64,000 nt of DNA from Tubiluchus corallicola (taxonomy: Eukaryota > Animalia > Priapulida): contig JAQGDQ010000013.1 in the NCBI GenBank assembly GCA_030141605.1, positions 1,130,447-1,194,446 on the forward strand. The letters run 5' to 3'. The stretch's first letter is position 1. Every line of letters starts with the position of its first letter. The notes under the pieces were generated by a model. It was not told the DNA's origin, made no database searches, and saw only the letters and a list, made by a program, of their open reading frames with translations. The translations under genes and the position numbers were made by a program. Of the stretch, positions 1 to 13,000 are shown piece after piece.

Positions 1-1088
1 CCGATTGTGTATGTAATTTTCTACTCTACCTAATATATTTGCATATCTTTATGTATTTAAAACTGTCAAAGTTACCTTTATGTTATATGATTTAGTGGAA
101 TGAAAGTGGTAGTCTTAATACACACCTGTTATACTCCGATTGCGTAAAGCTTCCAGGATTATTTTATATTTCTGAATCAAAGTAAAGAAATGTTATCGTA
201 TGATGCAAAATATGTTAATTTCTTCAACAGCTTTATTTGGGGATAAATTGAAAGCCTGCAAAGTAATTGCATTCTGTAGAGTAGAAGTAATAACTTGTGC
301 TATAATTATTCATGCACATTACTAAGCTTGGGATGTGGCTTCGTTTAATACCTTAATATTTTAAGAGAATATTCCTGATAATAAACCTTTTCACAGTTTT
401 GTTGTGTGCATACACAGTTGCTGTAGGTCAAAGATTAGGTTTACCACAGCAGCACGTTTTAACTACATCCGTCATGTGTGTAAAGCAAAGCCGTCTGCTG
501 TATCAGTTTACTAACTTCAGTTGTTTTGCGTGTACTTTACTTAATTGTGCATTTCTTTGTGTGTAGAGTGATTTACTATCACGATCTTGCTTGAGAACAA
601 GAAAAAATGAATTACGTAAGGTTCTAGCTAGCTGTTAAAACTGTTACTATTACAATAGCATGGGCTGCCAGGCGTTGTGAAGTGTTCACAAATGCGTCGT
701 CTGGTACACGTAACCTTTCAACTTCTCGCGTTCGTTATCAATCGCTGTAACTATGAAAAGGCTTATTAACTCCTACTATAACACCATCAGTCGTAGCAAT
801 GCACTGAACCTAAACAAAATTTTGAGATTAGCAGAATATGTCTTGTTTATGTGTTAGGTTTCATAATGTTATGTTTATAGGTGTCCATTTTACCATGTTT
901 TGGTGTCCATGTTGTTATTTTTAAGATGTTAATAATAATGCTAGTTGTCGTTGCAAGTTTTTCAAGTTGCCATCCTGAAACTGTAGATTTCTAGCCGAAG
1001 ATAAGGCATTGTTATTATTCATTTTATTAATTTTATACTGGGAAACTCTTATATTTGCTTGTTTTATGGTTGGTATGTTGCTATTTAG

Positions 1089-4000
1089 GAGATTCGTGTT
1101 ACGAGAACGAGGGCACATGTCCCGACTAGCCATGCAGCTTCAGCTTCAGCACCACCTCCGAATGCTACTTCTACGGCATCTCAGGTAATTGTTATCACAC
1201 TGTTTATGTGTTATTTTTAAGAAAATGCAGTTTTCGTGATTTAAGTTTGTTCAAAGCATGACTGATTTATAGTTTTTTCAAATCTATAATATAATGTTGA
1301 AGTCCTGGTTTATATGATGCTTATTTGTGAATGTGGAGTATAGATTGTGCATAATTAACCTTTTTAAAGGCTATAGACATTGAATTGGGGTTCCAAACTT
1401 TTTAGACCATTGACCCGTTAATGGAATCCTTGATTTCTCTTGACTCCCAGGCTTATGCAAAAAAATAAATATTAATTTTTCACTGTGTGGGACAATCTAA
1501 CAAGCCCTGCTTTTTGATTGCCCACAACACATTTACATTTGTATACAGGTGAACAGTGTGTGAGGCTTTTCTTGTGCGGAAACAATAAAAGCTTATTTGT
1601 ATTATGTTCATTGTAGGCCCTTTCACTATATATTGTACATGAAACTATTGTAAATGTGTAATGTGAAATAAATGACTTATGACTTACTGGAAAAGGTGTT
1701 AGTAAAAATTGTTTGTGCAGACATCACACTGAAAACATTCACCATTATCTGTTTGACTGACCTTATATATTGCAAGTAGAAGTTATTCATAGGATAAAAT
1801 ATCAACTCTTCTAGGCCACGACCAAAATGTTCTGGTACTTCAATTAGTGCAAAGATTTGCTAAGGAGGCAAAAAGATTCCGCCGTAGAAATTAGTCAGTT
1901 TTCAGTATTTTAGCAGTTTAATTAATTGGCATTTTCCAAGTGTAATTAATATCCACTGATGCTCTATTGTCAATTTAACTGTGTAGGTACTTTGCAATTT
2001 TTGATGTATGTATAAGTTCTTCTCCAGATTGTTTACCTCAGGTTTTATAATATAGGAAATAAAAAATGTGTTCATGTATAAAAAATCAAATCATTTATGC
2101 TATTTTATGTTATTTTTCCTGACAGGGACAGCAAGAACCTCCGTTCCATCCGCCTCCAAATGCTTTTAGGCCTATGAGAAACATTCGGGGAGTGCATATT
2201 CGACAGCCGGCACAAATGGGAGTTCCTGGAGGCTTTCCTGGTTTTCCATTTCCCTTCCCGATGGGAATGCCTCCGATGCCAGGTATTTTCATATTTGTTA
2301 TGGTATTTTTAAATAAACAAGTATGTGCATTCATTGTTTTACAAGATGATGTAGATTATTCATTAATAATTGGTTGTTAACGAGAGGAATAGCCGATTGT
2401 TTTTGTTTGTCTTGCTAGGCAACCCTGAAACTCAGCGCTTTGGCGGTGGCAACCCTGCATTCTTTGTAGAAGTGGGTGCTAGACCAGTACAAATTACTGC
2501 TGTTTCTGCGCCTGTAGTTTCTTCACGTGCAGCAAACTCCACTGCACCGACTGGCAACACTACAATGACAAGTACACAACCTATTAGTGCTTCGGTAACC
2601 ATCACTAACGCATCGACTGTGCCTAGTGCAGGTACCGCGGGTAAGTATTTTGTATTTTTATGTACAGCTGCTATTAATTTTTCTTGCTGTACAACAGATT
2701 ACTGGTTCATGTATGCTGGACCTGATTTTTGCAAGATTTCATGAAAATCTCCTGTATGTGTATATATATATATATTTGCATTTATTGCCATTTTCTGTTT
2801 CTTGCATGTGGATGTCTTTCCGGTCATTAATTTATGGATGGTGTTAATTTTCTAGATGGTAACATTCTTGGTATGAACCTCGGTCCATTTGTACAGAACA
2901 TTTTGCAGGCTATGAGTGGCACGGCGGCACCTGCAAGTTCACAGCAACGTAAGTTTTTGTTTAGCTAGTTGCCAAGCATTAAACTCAGTACTGAGTGTTT
3001 CTTTTTTTATACGATTTTTGATTACCAATGCCCAGCATTTAGTGTAGTCTACAGTATAACACCATTATAGCGAAAATCGTTTACTACGTACACACCAGTA
3101 ATGCGAACTCTCAAAAAAGAACGAACTCTAATCATTTATTTAAATAATATTCTATCTCTATCTTTGAATACTGCATACTCGGTTATTGCGTATTGTGGAC
3201 TTTTTGTCTGGCCACTATGTAATTATAATTTTTTTGCATACTTTACCTTTGCCAGCTGTTTGCAAGTTAATTTACAGTTAAATTTAACCCATCATTTTTT
3301 TGCCACAAAAATTTTGTTGGGCAAGCAGCATGTGGAGTTTTAACATGTCATATCAAAGGTCATTTTGTCTACTAGCTGTATGAACAGTGAGTCCCTCAGC
3401 GGTTTGGCACCCAGCTGTTTGACGTATGTTTGCTGGAAATTAAGATTCGTCAAGTAATGAACCCTACTGCAGTTACTTTGCTGCAAAAACTTCTTATACG
3501 AGTGACAAACGAAAACTGACTTTTGAATCTCATTTATTAAGCTGAAAATGTCACATAAATTTGCAGCCAAACATATACACTCAATTTAATATGAAACGTT
3601 CATTAATGTTTAGTTTATCAAAGCAACATAAAATACATTTCATTGAAAATGAATAACACTGCAAAGTAATTGATGCTTGATAGTATTCTAATAGTACTTT
3701 ACGTCTTCTGTGAAGCCACATATTATACATTATTTATAAGATTTTATGATCAGTACTTACTTGTCTATCAAATGTTTGTGTACATGATTAGCTGCATATG
3801 CTTACAAAGTACTTCGGTTATAAAGTACATTTTTCTGGATCGTAAACAAGTTTGTTATAACAATGTTGTACTGCATTTATTGTATGTGTTGTATCAAGAT
3901 TTTCACTCTCTTTGTCATATTTCTCTAAAATGAAATACCAAGTGACTATAGGTGTTATAGCTTTTTCAAATGTGAGTTAATTTTTGGCAAATAGCCACAA

Positions 4001-7000
4001 GTAGTGGAAAGTCCTGATGTCCTGGAATGTACTGTCTTAGTGGTTCGCACGTCCATTTAATTACCAGGCTCAGTGCTGCTTTACTTTGGTCGCTAAACAT
4101 CCGCTGTGATTACTTTGCTGTATCCCTCAACGAACAGATTAAGATTAATTCCACAAGTCTGTGCATTTAATGAGAATCAGCTCTTGATCAGTCTGAGAAC
4201 CCTTCGGCTAATTGACTCAGTCAGTTAATTGGGTCAAAACACTTCCGTCCCAAAGTGAGTCTACTAAGCTGCGCCTAATGTATTGAAGTGCGTTTGATTT
4301 CATTTCATTTCAGAAACACCAAGTACAACAGGAGCCAGTGTTCCACCTCAACCTCACGCCGTACCCCTGTCTGTTCTACAGTCTTCGCGAGACATGCCTT
4401 CATTTGCTCCACAGCAAATGCAAGGCACTCCGGCTTCTGCTCCACATCCATTGCAAGGTACCCCAACTTCTGCTCCACATCCAATGCAAGGCATCCCACC
4501 ATCTGCTCCACAGCAGCCACATGGCACGTCTACAACATCGCAGACTTCCCGACCCATTCCTACGGCTTCAATTCACATTCCGTGCACTGTCGGTCCAGGT
4601 ATGCCTATAGCTCCTCATCCTCTCGTTTGTATCGATCCATTTTTGCCGTGCTCCTCTAGGCACGCTATGCCTTCCCTACCACGACCTGGGGTTCAGGGTC
4701 AACAACAACAAGCGGGAAATGGTATTGCTGATATGGTCGGTGGAATAATCAATTCATTCATACAACAACAGGTAGTAAGAGGTAAGTTAATTATGTTGTA
4801 TCCTATCGTTATGGTGTTCTTTCTCGTGTTAGCTTGACTTTGTTACACCGAGGTTTAAGTTCAAATAAAGGTCACAATTACTTCACGCTTGGACACGCTC
4901 ATTTTGAACGAAACATGGCGTCATCCGGTTCCTGTGGAATATAAACACTTATCTTGCCAGGTGCTTCTGCAGTCATGTCTTATAGAGCGAACTCTGTAAA
5001 CTAGATAACCCGCCCAGCATATACTGTATGCTCGCAAGTTTGCTGCTTATCGAAAGTCAATAAAAAATCTGTGAACTAATTATTTACACATCAGTACATA
5101 CTACTTACACATTTAAAGGTATAATCTTATGCATTTGTGCATTAAAGCTATGTAACCAATTTTAATTTGGTCATAATTGATCCAATGACTAATTTTTACT
5201 TAAACACAGTTAAACACATCACAAGAATAACGGAACTTCTGAGTGAACTGTAGAAATTTTGTATTGCCCAGCAGGCACTAGGTTTTTTAAAAAAATGTGC
5301 CGCTGATGTTCATTTGGCGAGAGATAAGAAATATTTAAATTTCTGTCGCATTTTTAAGCAAGGCATTTTATGCACATGTATTGTGTGGTGATTTCAATAT
5401 TTTTAACTGTATATTAAAATGCAATAATGTAGCTCAAAGATTAGTTTTCCTTTAGAGAAGTTATGCTTTTGTGCTAGTTATTAATTTGCCGTCAAGACTT
5501 ATTGCGTATATCATTTTCCAATACTGTTAATTTCAATGTTTAATGTGTATTTAGGTCTAGGTTCGGCGCCAATGTTTCCAGCTCCTACAATGCAGCCAGC
5601 GCCACAAGTTCCCACGACGACTAACCAACCAGCATCTGAGCAATCGGCTACTACTGAACAGGTATGATGATTTGTATGTAGTTTCCAACTTGTTAAGAGC
5701 TATTTTAACAAGAGCTATTGCTGTGCGTCTACGAAGTTTATTCAGCATTGTGTCATGAAGAATTCTGTTACAGAATTTATTGAAGATAAGCAGTTAAAAT
5801 GCTTATTACTTTGTTTATCGGAGAAAATTTAGCAACATTTTGTTTGTGTTTGATATTGCACCATGTGCACGAAACCTCGTAAAGTTGTGTGACATCCTAC
5901 CTACTTGCAATTTAATATTTTTGTATTCAGCATTCGGTTTTAATTAAATTTATTTTTCCATAATATCATCCAGAGGATAAGCTTTTTCACTGTTTCGGCG
6001 ATTGATGATGATAGTGAAAAGGTCAAAGGTTAAGTGTACCAGACGATGCATTTGTATGCACTTGACAATGCCTCGCAGCCCAAGCTCATGTAATAGTAAC
6101 TTTTAACAGCTGGCTAGAACTTTACCTAGTTCATTTTTTGTGTTTCCCGGCAAGATCTTGCTAGTAAATCACTCTGTGCACAGACTAATGCATAATTAAG
6201 TAAAATCCGCCTAAAACAACTGATGTTACTGAACTAATGCAGCAAACTGCTTTGCTTTACCCACATGTCATGTGATGGGTTATTGTTTAGATGTTTTGTT
6301 GTGGTTCACTAAACCTTTGACCTACAGCAACTGACGTGCGCGCAACGAAACTGTGAAAAGGCTTATTGTTGCAATCTTTTGAGTAACAAATTTGCTAACC
6401 AGCTACATTTGATTTGCACTCAGCAGGCGAGGACACAAGTTCCAGCGTCCACTGTAGCCAATGACAACAGTAATAACAGAACGCCACCAGAAACAGTGAC
6501 CACTGAGACATTCTTCAATCTCGTGCATTACGTAACCAATCAGGTTGCCTCCGCAGCAGCAGGGGAACAACCTCAAGTTACTATTGGTCAGTTTTTATCA
6601 TCAATTGAAGAGGGAAGCCAGTTTATGCAAGAGGAAGGTAAAGCTAAATAGAGACGCATTCATCTTTGCTTACCTGTTATAAGGTTAAATTCGTTAATTT
6701 GTGTTTATTATAATTCGGACCCAGAGGCGTAGCCAGGTGGGGGTGACAGGGGGCAATTGCCTCCAGGCTCAAGTGTGAAAGGGTGCAAAATTCTTCTAGA
6801 GTTCAGTGAGATCTGACATTAACAAAGCAGTTGGCAAAAGTATTCAAATTACAACAAAATTGTCTAGACAGAGCTGACTTATTTACTACATATATCCTAG
6901 AAATAAGGCTAATGTTGTTACTTAATGGCATGTGTATGGTGTCGTATGGCATAGCAGATCAATAATTTTGGGAGAAACATTAGCGTTTCTCTAAATGCCA

Positions 7001-10000
7001 TTTGTATTATTATGAAAACCTGCAGTGTTCTGTATCTTTCGCAATTCTTGCATGTTTTAATGCTGGAGCTGAATGTTTAAAGATTGTCATGTTACATGCA
7101 ACTAATGCATAGAAAACAGTTATTCTGACGCAGTGCTGCATATCAAACTCGGGGTGATTGTTAAGAAAAATTCATTTATCTTTACCCCGCCATGTTGAGA
7201 AGGAAAAATCGGCCTCAGGGACGCAAAAAGCGTGCGCAGTTTCTCGCTTCACCAATGAAACGAATGAACAAAATTCAAAACATTTAAAGGATAGGGCGCC
7301 AGAAGTTTTTTTATCGCACTTTGTCGCGACCAATTATTGTTGCATTATGCGGGACACTGCTTATGAGTATTTGATAACATTTTTATACTTAATCAAATTT
7401 AATAAATTTTTCACAAAGGATAGCTGTGTAGGTTCATTATGTTTTCATTAGCAGTGGCCAGACATTTCATATCAGCTAATTTAACTAACACCTGATTGTA
7501 TAATGGCCTAGTGCAGATAAACTGATTAAACTATCATTGAAGCAGAACAAATTTTAATTGTATTTTATACAATGTGTTGTTTATTGGCATTTGCTTTGAC
7601 TTTTCAGTAGTATCGTGGTATCTACTTTGAATACATAAAAATGTGAATTTAATTTATATTTATTGCTTTCTGCCAAGAAGTTGATTTCGTACAAATTTCA
7701 GCAAGGTACTTTTGCAAGGTGTAATTCTGCTTTCTTTGCTCATGTTATATAATAAGAAATGAGTTTTAGTCTACAATATTTGTGTGACCATTATGTTGGG
7801 AGAGGAGTAGAACACTAGCTGAAGTAGGACAGTTGGCGTACATGGGCCAGCCCAAAGTAGGACGCGGCATACATGGGCCAACCCAAGTAGGACACTAGAT
7901 GCAGGTCAGGAATTGAGTCATTAATTGAAAATGTCAGTACACTGAATAATTTATTACACATCTGATAAAATAAAAGAGCCTTATTCTGAGCTAGTAGAAC
8001 GGCCAGTATTAAATTTGGCTTCGATATTAATGTTTTTGAAGTGAAATAAGCCCTCTTTTTAGGCAATTCCAACATTTGGTGAAGGTATATCATTTTTATT
8101 TTGTCTCACTTCTCGGACAAGTGATCAGTTTTGCTACACTTCACAGAATTTTTAAAAATTTGAAACAAAATTCTCGATCTAAAGTTAAAACGTCACTACC
8201 CTAGTTAGGCTGCCCATGTGCGACACTGCTGTTAGCCAAATTTAGCACATGCGCTTCAGCGGAAGTGTCCCACTTCAACTAGTGGCGTACTCTACGCCTA
8301 CACATTATTTCTGCATTACAGGTTTGATTTCAAGTCTGTTCCAATGTCTTGGTAATCTAACTTTTTCTGATTTGATGGGGGTGATGTTTGGTCAGTCGGC
8401 TCCTCTGCAACGACTCCGCCCACAGTTGCAAGAGTTTGTGCGGGAGAAACTTCTCGAGAATGAACCTCCGTCTACTGAGAACGTTGATGCTGCTCTTACT
8501 AGATTAATGACAGATGTGACTGAACAACTTCGCCAGATTGTGGTATGCTATCTTACTGTTTGTTAGCAATGCTGTAAAGAAGTTTATTGTTTAACCATAT
8601 TAAGTTTATAACTTTCTGTGGCTAGTGTAATAACTTAAGGTTGTACATTTGATACATCTATTATCTCATCTCTTTCATGTCTTTTTTGAATTTTCATTTA
8701 AATTTTATGTTTTATTTGTCCTTGCTTTGCTTCTAGTTGTAAATAAAAGTAAGGTTTTGGAATAAATGTCTGTCCTTCAGCATTTGTAATGCCTGTAAAA
8801 CATTACTTTTTATGTCACTGGAACAGCTGGGCCTATTTAAAGTCGAGGAAATGTTTCTGTTGTTGGCCAATTATAGGATTTTTTTTTATTTTTGCCCGGC
8901 GATTCTTTGCTTTCCAAGTTTTCTATCTGTTTTTACAGCAATTCGTTTAAGGCTCATATTATTTGGTATGTGATAAGAACCAGCTGTTGGAGTTTCAGAG
9001 TGGGTGAATTCAGTTCCTATCAGCTTATGTTGTTGTCCAAATTTATGATACATTGGCGGGATGTAGTAGTAGCAGTTTATCATTTATGTAGTTCTGAAAA
9101 TCTTTAGAACACATGTTTAACAATACAATTTATGACAAACGTACAGAGCATTGATTTAGTACAATATATGATACACTATAATGAATAAATGCTTGCACAC
9201 TGTAGAGGATCTAATGAATAAATGCTTGCACACTGCGTAGGATCTAATGAATAAATGCTTGCACACTGCCTAGGATCTAATGAATAAATACTTGCACGCT
9301 GTGTAGGATCTAATGAATAAATGCTTGCACACTGCATAGGATCTAATGAATAAATGCTTGCACGCTGTGTAGGATCTAATGAATAAATGCTTGTACACTG
9401 CGTAGGATCTAACGCATAAATGCTTGCACACTGCATAGGATCTAATGAATAAATGCTTGCACACTGTGTAGGATCTAATGAATAAATGCTTGCACACTAC
9501 ATGGGGTCTAATGAATAAATGCTTGCACACTACATAGGGTCTAATGAATAAATGCTTGCACACTACATAGGGTCTAATGAATAAATGCTTGCACACTGCA
9601 TAGGGTCTAATGAATAAATGCTTGCACACTACATAGGGTCTAATGAATAAATGCTTGCACACTACATAGGGTCTAGTGAATAAATGCTTGCACACTACAT
9701 AGGGTCTAAGGAATAAATGCTTGCACACTACATAGGGTCTAATGAATAAATGCTTGCACACTGCATAGGGTCTAATGAATAAATGCTTGCACGCTGTGTA
9801 GGATCTAACGAATAAATGCTTGTACACTGCGTAGGATCTAATGAATAAATGCTTGCACACTGCCTAGGATCTAATGAATAAATGTTTGCACGCTGCATAG
9901 GATCTAACGCATAAATGCTTGCACACTGCCTAGGATCTAATGAATAAATGCTTGCACACTACATAGGATCTAATGAATAAATGCTTGCACACTGCCTAGG

Positions 10001-13000
10001 ACCTAACGAATAAATGCTTGCACACTGCATAGGGTCTAATGAATAAATGCTTGCACACTGCATAGGGTCTAATGAATAAATGCTTGCACACTACATAGGG
10101 TCTAATGAATAAATGCTTGCACACTACATAGGGACTAGCGAATAAATGCTTGCACACTACATAGGGTCTAAGGAATAAATGCTTGCACACTGCATAGGGT
10201 CTAATGAATAAATGCTTGCACACTGCCTAGGATCTAATGAATAAATGCTTGCACGCTGTGTAGGATCTAATGAATAAATGCTTGTACACTGCTTAGGATC
10301 TAACGCATAAATGCTTGCACACTGCATAGGATCTAATGAATAAATGCTTGCACGCTGTGTAGGATCTAACGAATAAATGCTTGTACACTGCGTAGGATCT
10401 AATGAATAAATGCTTGCACACTACATATGGACTAGCGAATAAATGCTTGCACGCTGCGTAGGATCTAACGAATAAATGCTTGCACACTGCGTAGGATCTA
10501 ATGAATAAATGCTTGCACACTGCCTAGGATCTAATGAATAAATGCTTGCACACTGCCTAGGATCTAATGAATAAATGCTTGCACGCTGCCTAGGATCTAA
10601 TGAATAAATGCTTGCACACTGCGTAGGATTATAACGCATAAATGCTTGCACACTGCCTAGGATCTAATGAATAAATGCTTGCACGCTGTGTAGGATCTAA
10701 TGAATAAATGCTTGTACACTGCGTAGGATCTAACGCATAAATGCTTGCACACTGCGTATGATCTAATGAATAAATGCTTGCACACTACATAGGATCTAAT
10801 GAATAAATGCTTGCACACTGCATAGGGTCTAATGAATAAATGCTTGCACACTACATAGGGTCTAATGAATAAATGCTTGCACACTACATAGGATCTAATG
10901 AATAAATGCTTGCACACTGCATAGGGTCTAATGAATAAATGCTTGCACACTACATAGGGTCTAATGAATAAATGCTTGCACACTACATAGGGTCTAGCGA
11001 ACAAATGCTTGCACACTGCATAGAGTCTAATGAACAAATGCTTGCACACTGCATAGGGTCTAAGGAATAAATGCTTGCACACTGCATAGGGTCTAATGAA
11101 CAAAGGCTTGTACACTACATAGGGTCTAAGGAATAAATGTTTGCACACTGCATAGGATCTAACGCATAAATGCTTGCACACTGCGTAGGATCTAATTAAT
11201 AAATGCTTACACACTGCATAGGGTCTAACGAATAAATGCTTGTACACTACATAGGGTCTAAGGAATAAATGCTTGCACACTGCATAGGGTCTAACGAATA
11301 AATGCTTGTACACTACATAGGGTCTAAGGAATAAATGCTTGTACACTGCTTAGGATCTAACGCATAAATGCTTGCACACTGCATAGGATCTAATGAATAA
11401 ATGCTTGCACGCTGTGTAGGATCTAACGAATAAATGCTTGTACACTGGTCTAATGAATAAATGCTTGCACACTACATAGGGTCTAATGAATAAATGCTTG
11501 CACACTACATAGGGACTAGCGAATAAATGCTTGCACACTACATAGGATCTAATGAATAAATGCTTGCACACTGCCTAGGATCTAATGAATAAATGCTTGC
11601 ACACTGCCTAGGATCTAATGAATAAATGCTTGCACGCTGCGTAGGATCTAATGAATAAATACTTGCACACTGCCTAGGATCTAATGAATAAATGCTTGCA
11701 CACTGCCTAGGATCTAACGAATAAATGCTTGTACACTGCGTAGGATCTAATGAATAAATGCTTGCACACTGCCTAGGATCTAATGAATAAATGCTTGCAC
11801 GCTGCGTAGGATCTAACGAATAAATGCTTGCACACTGCGTAGGATCTAATGAATAAATGCTTGCACACTGCCTAGGATCTAATGAATAAATGCTTGCACA
11901 CTGCCTAGGATCTAATGAATAAATGCTTGCACGCTGCCTAGGATCTAATGAATAAATGCTTGCACACTGCGTAGGATTATAACGCATAAATGCTTGCACA
12001 CTGCCTAGGATCTAATGAATAAATGCTTGCATGCTGTGTAGGATCTAATGAATAAATGCTTGTACACTGCGTAGGATCTAACGCATAAATGCTTGCACAC
12101 TGCGTATGATCTAATGAATAAATGCTTGCACACTACATAGGATCTAATGAATAAATGCTTGCACACTGCATAGGGTCTAATGAATAAATGCTTGCACACT
12201 ACATAGGGTCTAATGAATAAATGCTTGCACACTACATAGGGTCTAGCGAACAAATGCTTGCACACTGCATAGAGTCTAATGAACAAATGCTTGCACACTG
12301 CATAGGGTCTAAGGAATAAATGCTTGCACACTGCATAGGGTCTAATGAACAAAGGCTTGTACACTACATAGGGTCTAAGGAATAAATGTTTGCACACTGC
12401 ATAGGATCTAACGCATAAATGCTTGCACACTGCGTAGGATCTAATTAATAAATGCTTGCACACTGCATAGGGTCTAACGAATAAATGCTTGTACACTACA
12501 TAGGGTCTAAGGAATAAATGCTTGCACACTGCATAGGGTCTAGCGAATAAATGCTTGCACGCTGCATAGGGTCTAACGAATAAATGCTTGCACACTGCAT
12601 AGTTCTAACGAATAAATACTTGCTGTAGGATGTCTCCATTATAAAGAGCTTTAGAATTCTAAAAACTGTTTGCATTTTTTTGCACTAATTATTTGGTGTT
12701 CAAAAAGTTCTGCTGTTGAATACTTCATGATAAGCGTTTCTTGTTTTAACACTTCCACTAAGAGAGCTGTTTTGTTTTAGCTGAATGTGCCTATGTGTGA
12801 TACAGTTGATTACCTCGCCACCATGAATAGATTTGGACGGATGAAACTTAAGTTGCTGGTAGACATAATTCTTACTAGCAGTGGTAAGTTTTGCTATGCC
12901 AATTATTCCTGTGTATTCATCATTTTTGAAATATGTGCTGAAGTGAATTGGTATTTTGGCTAAAGTTTACAATTCCCCACACACAAAGAATTAATTCGGA

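Noticed and set aside
567-615. Possible extra BAG6 exon (ag|agtgat...ttac|gtaagg)
   Set aside because: 49 nt, and it contains a stop in the frame needed to join the 1089 exon; at most a cryptic or poison exon, with no support.
9179-12623. CRISPR-like array or repeat-protein gene ([11 protein letters not shown] / [10 protein letters not shown] ORFs)
   Set aside because: Units are contiguous 33-mers with only point variants and no unique spacers, there are no cas genes, and the context is a eukaryotic intron. The ORFs arise because 33 is divisible by 3, and they are broken by stops.
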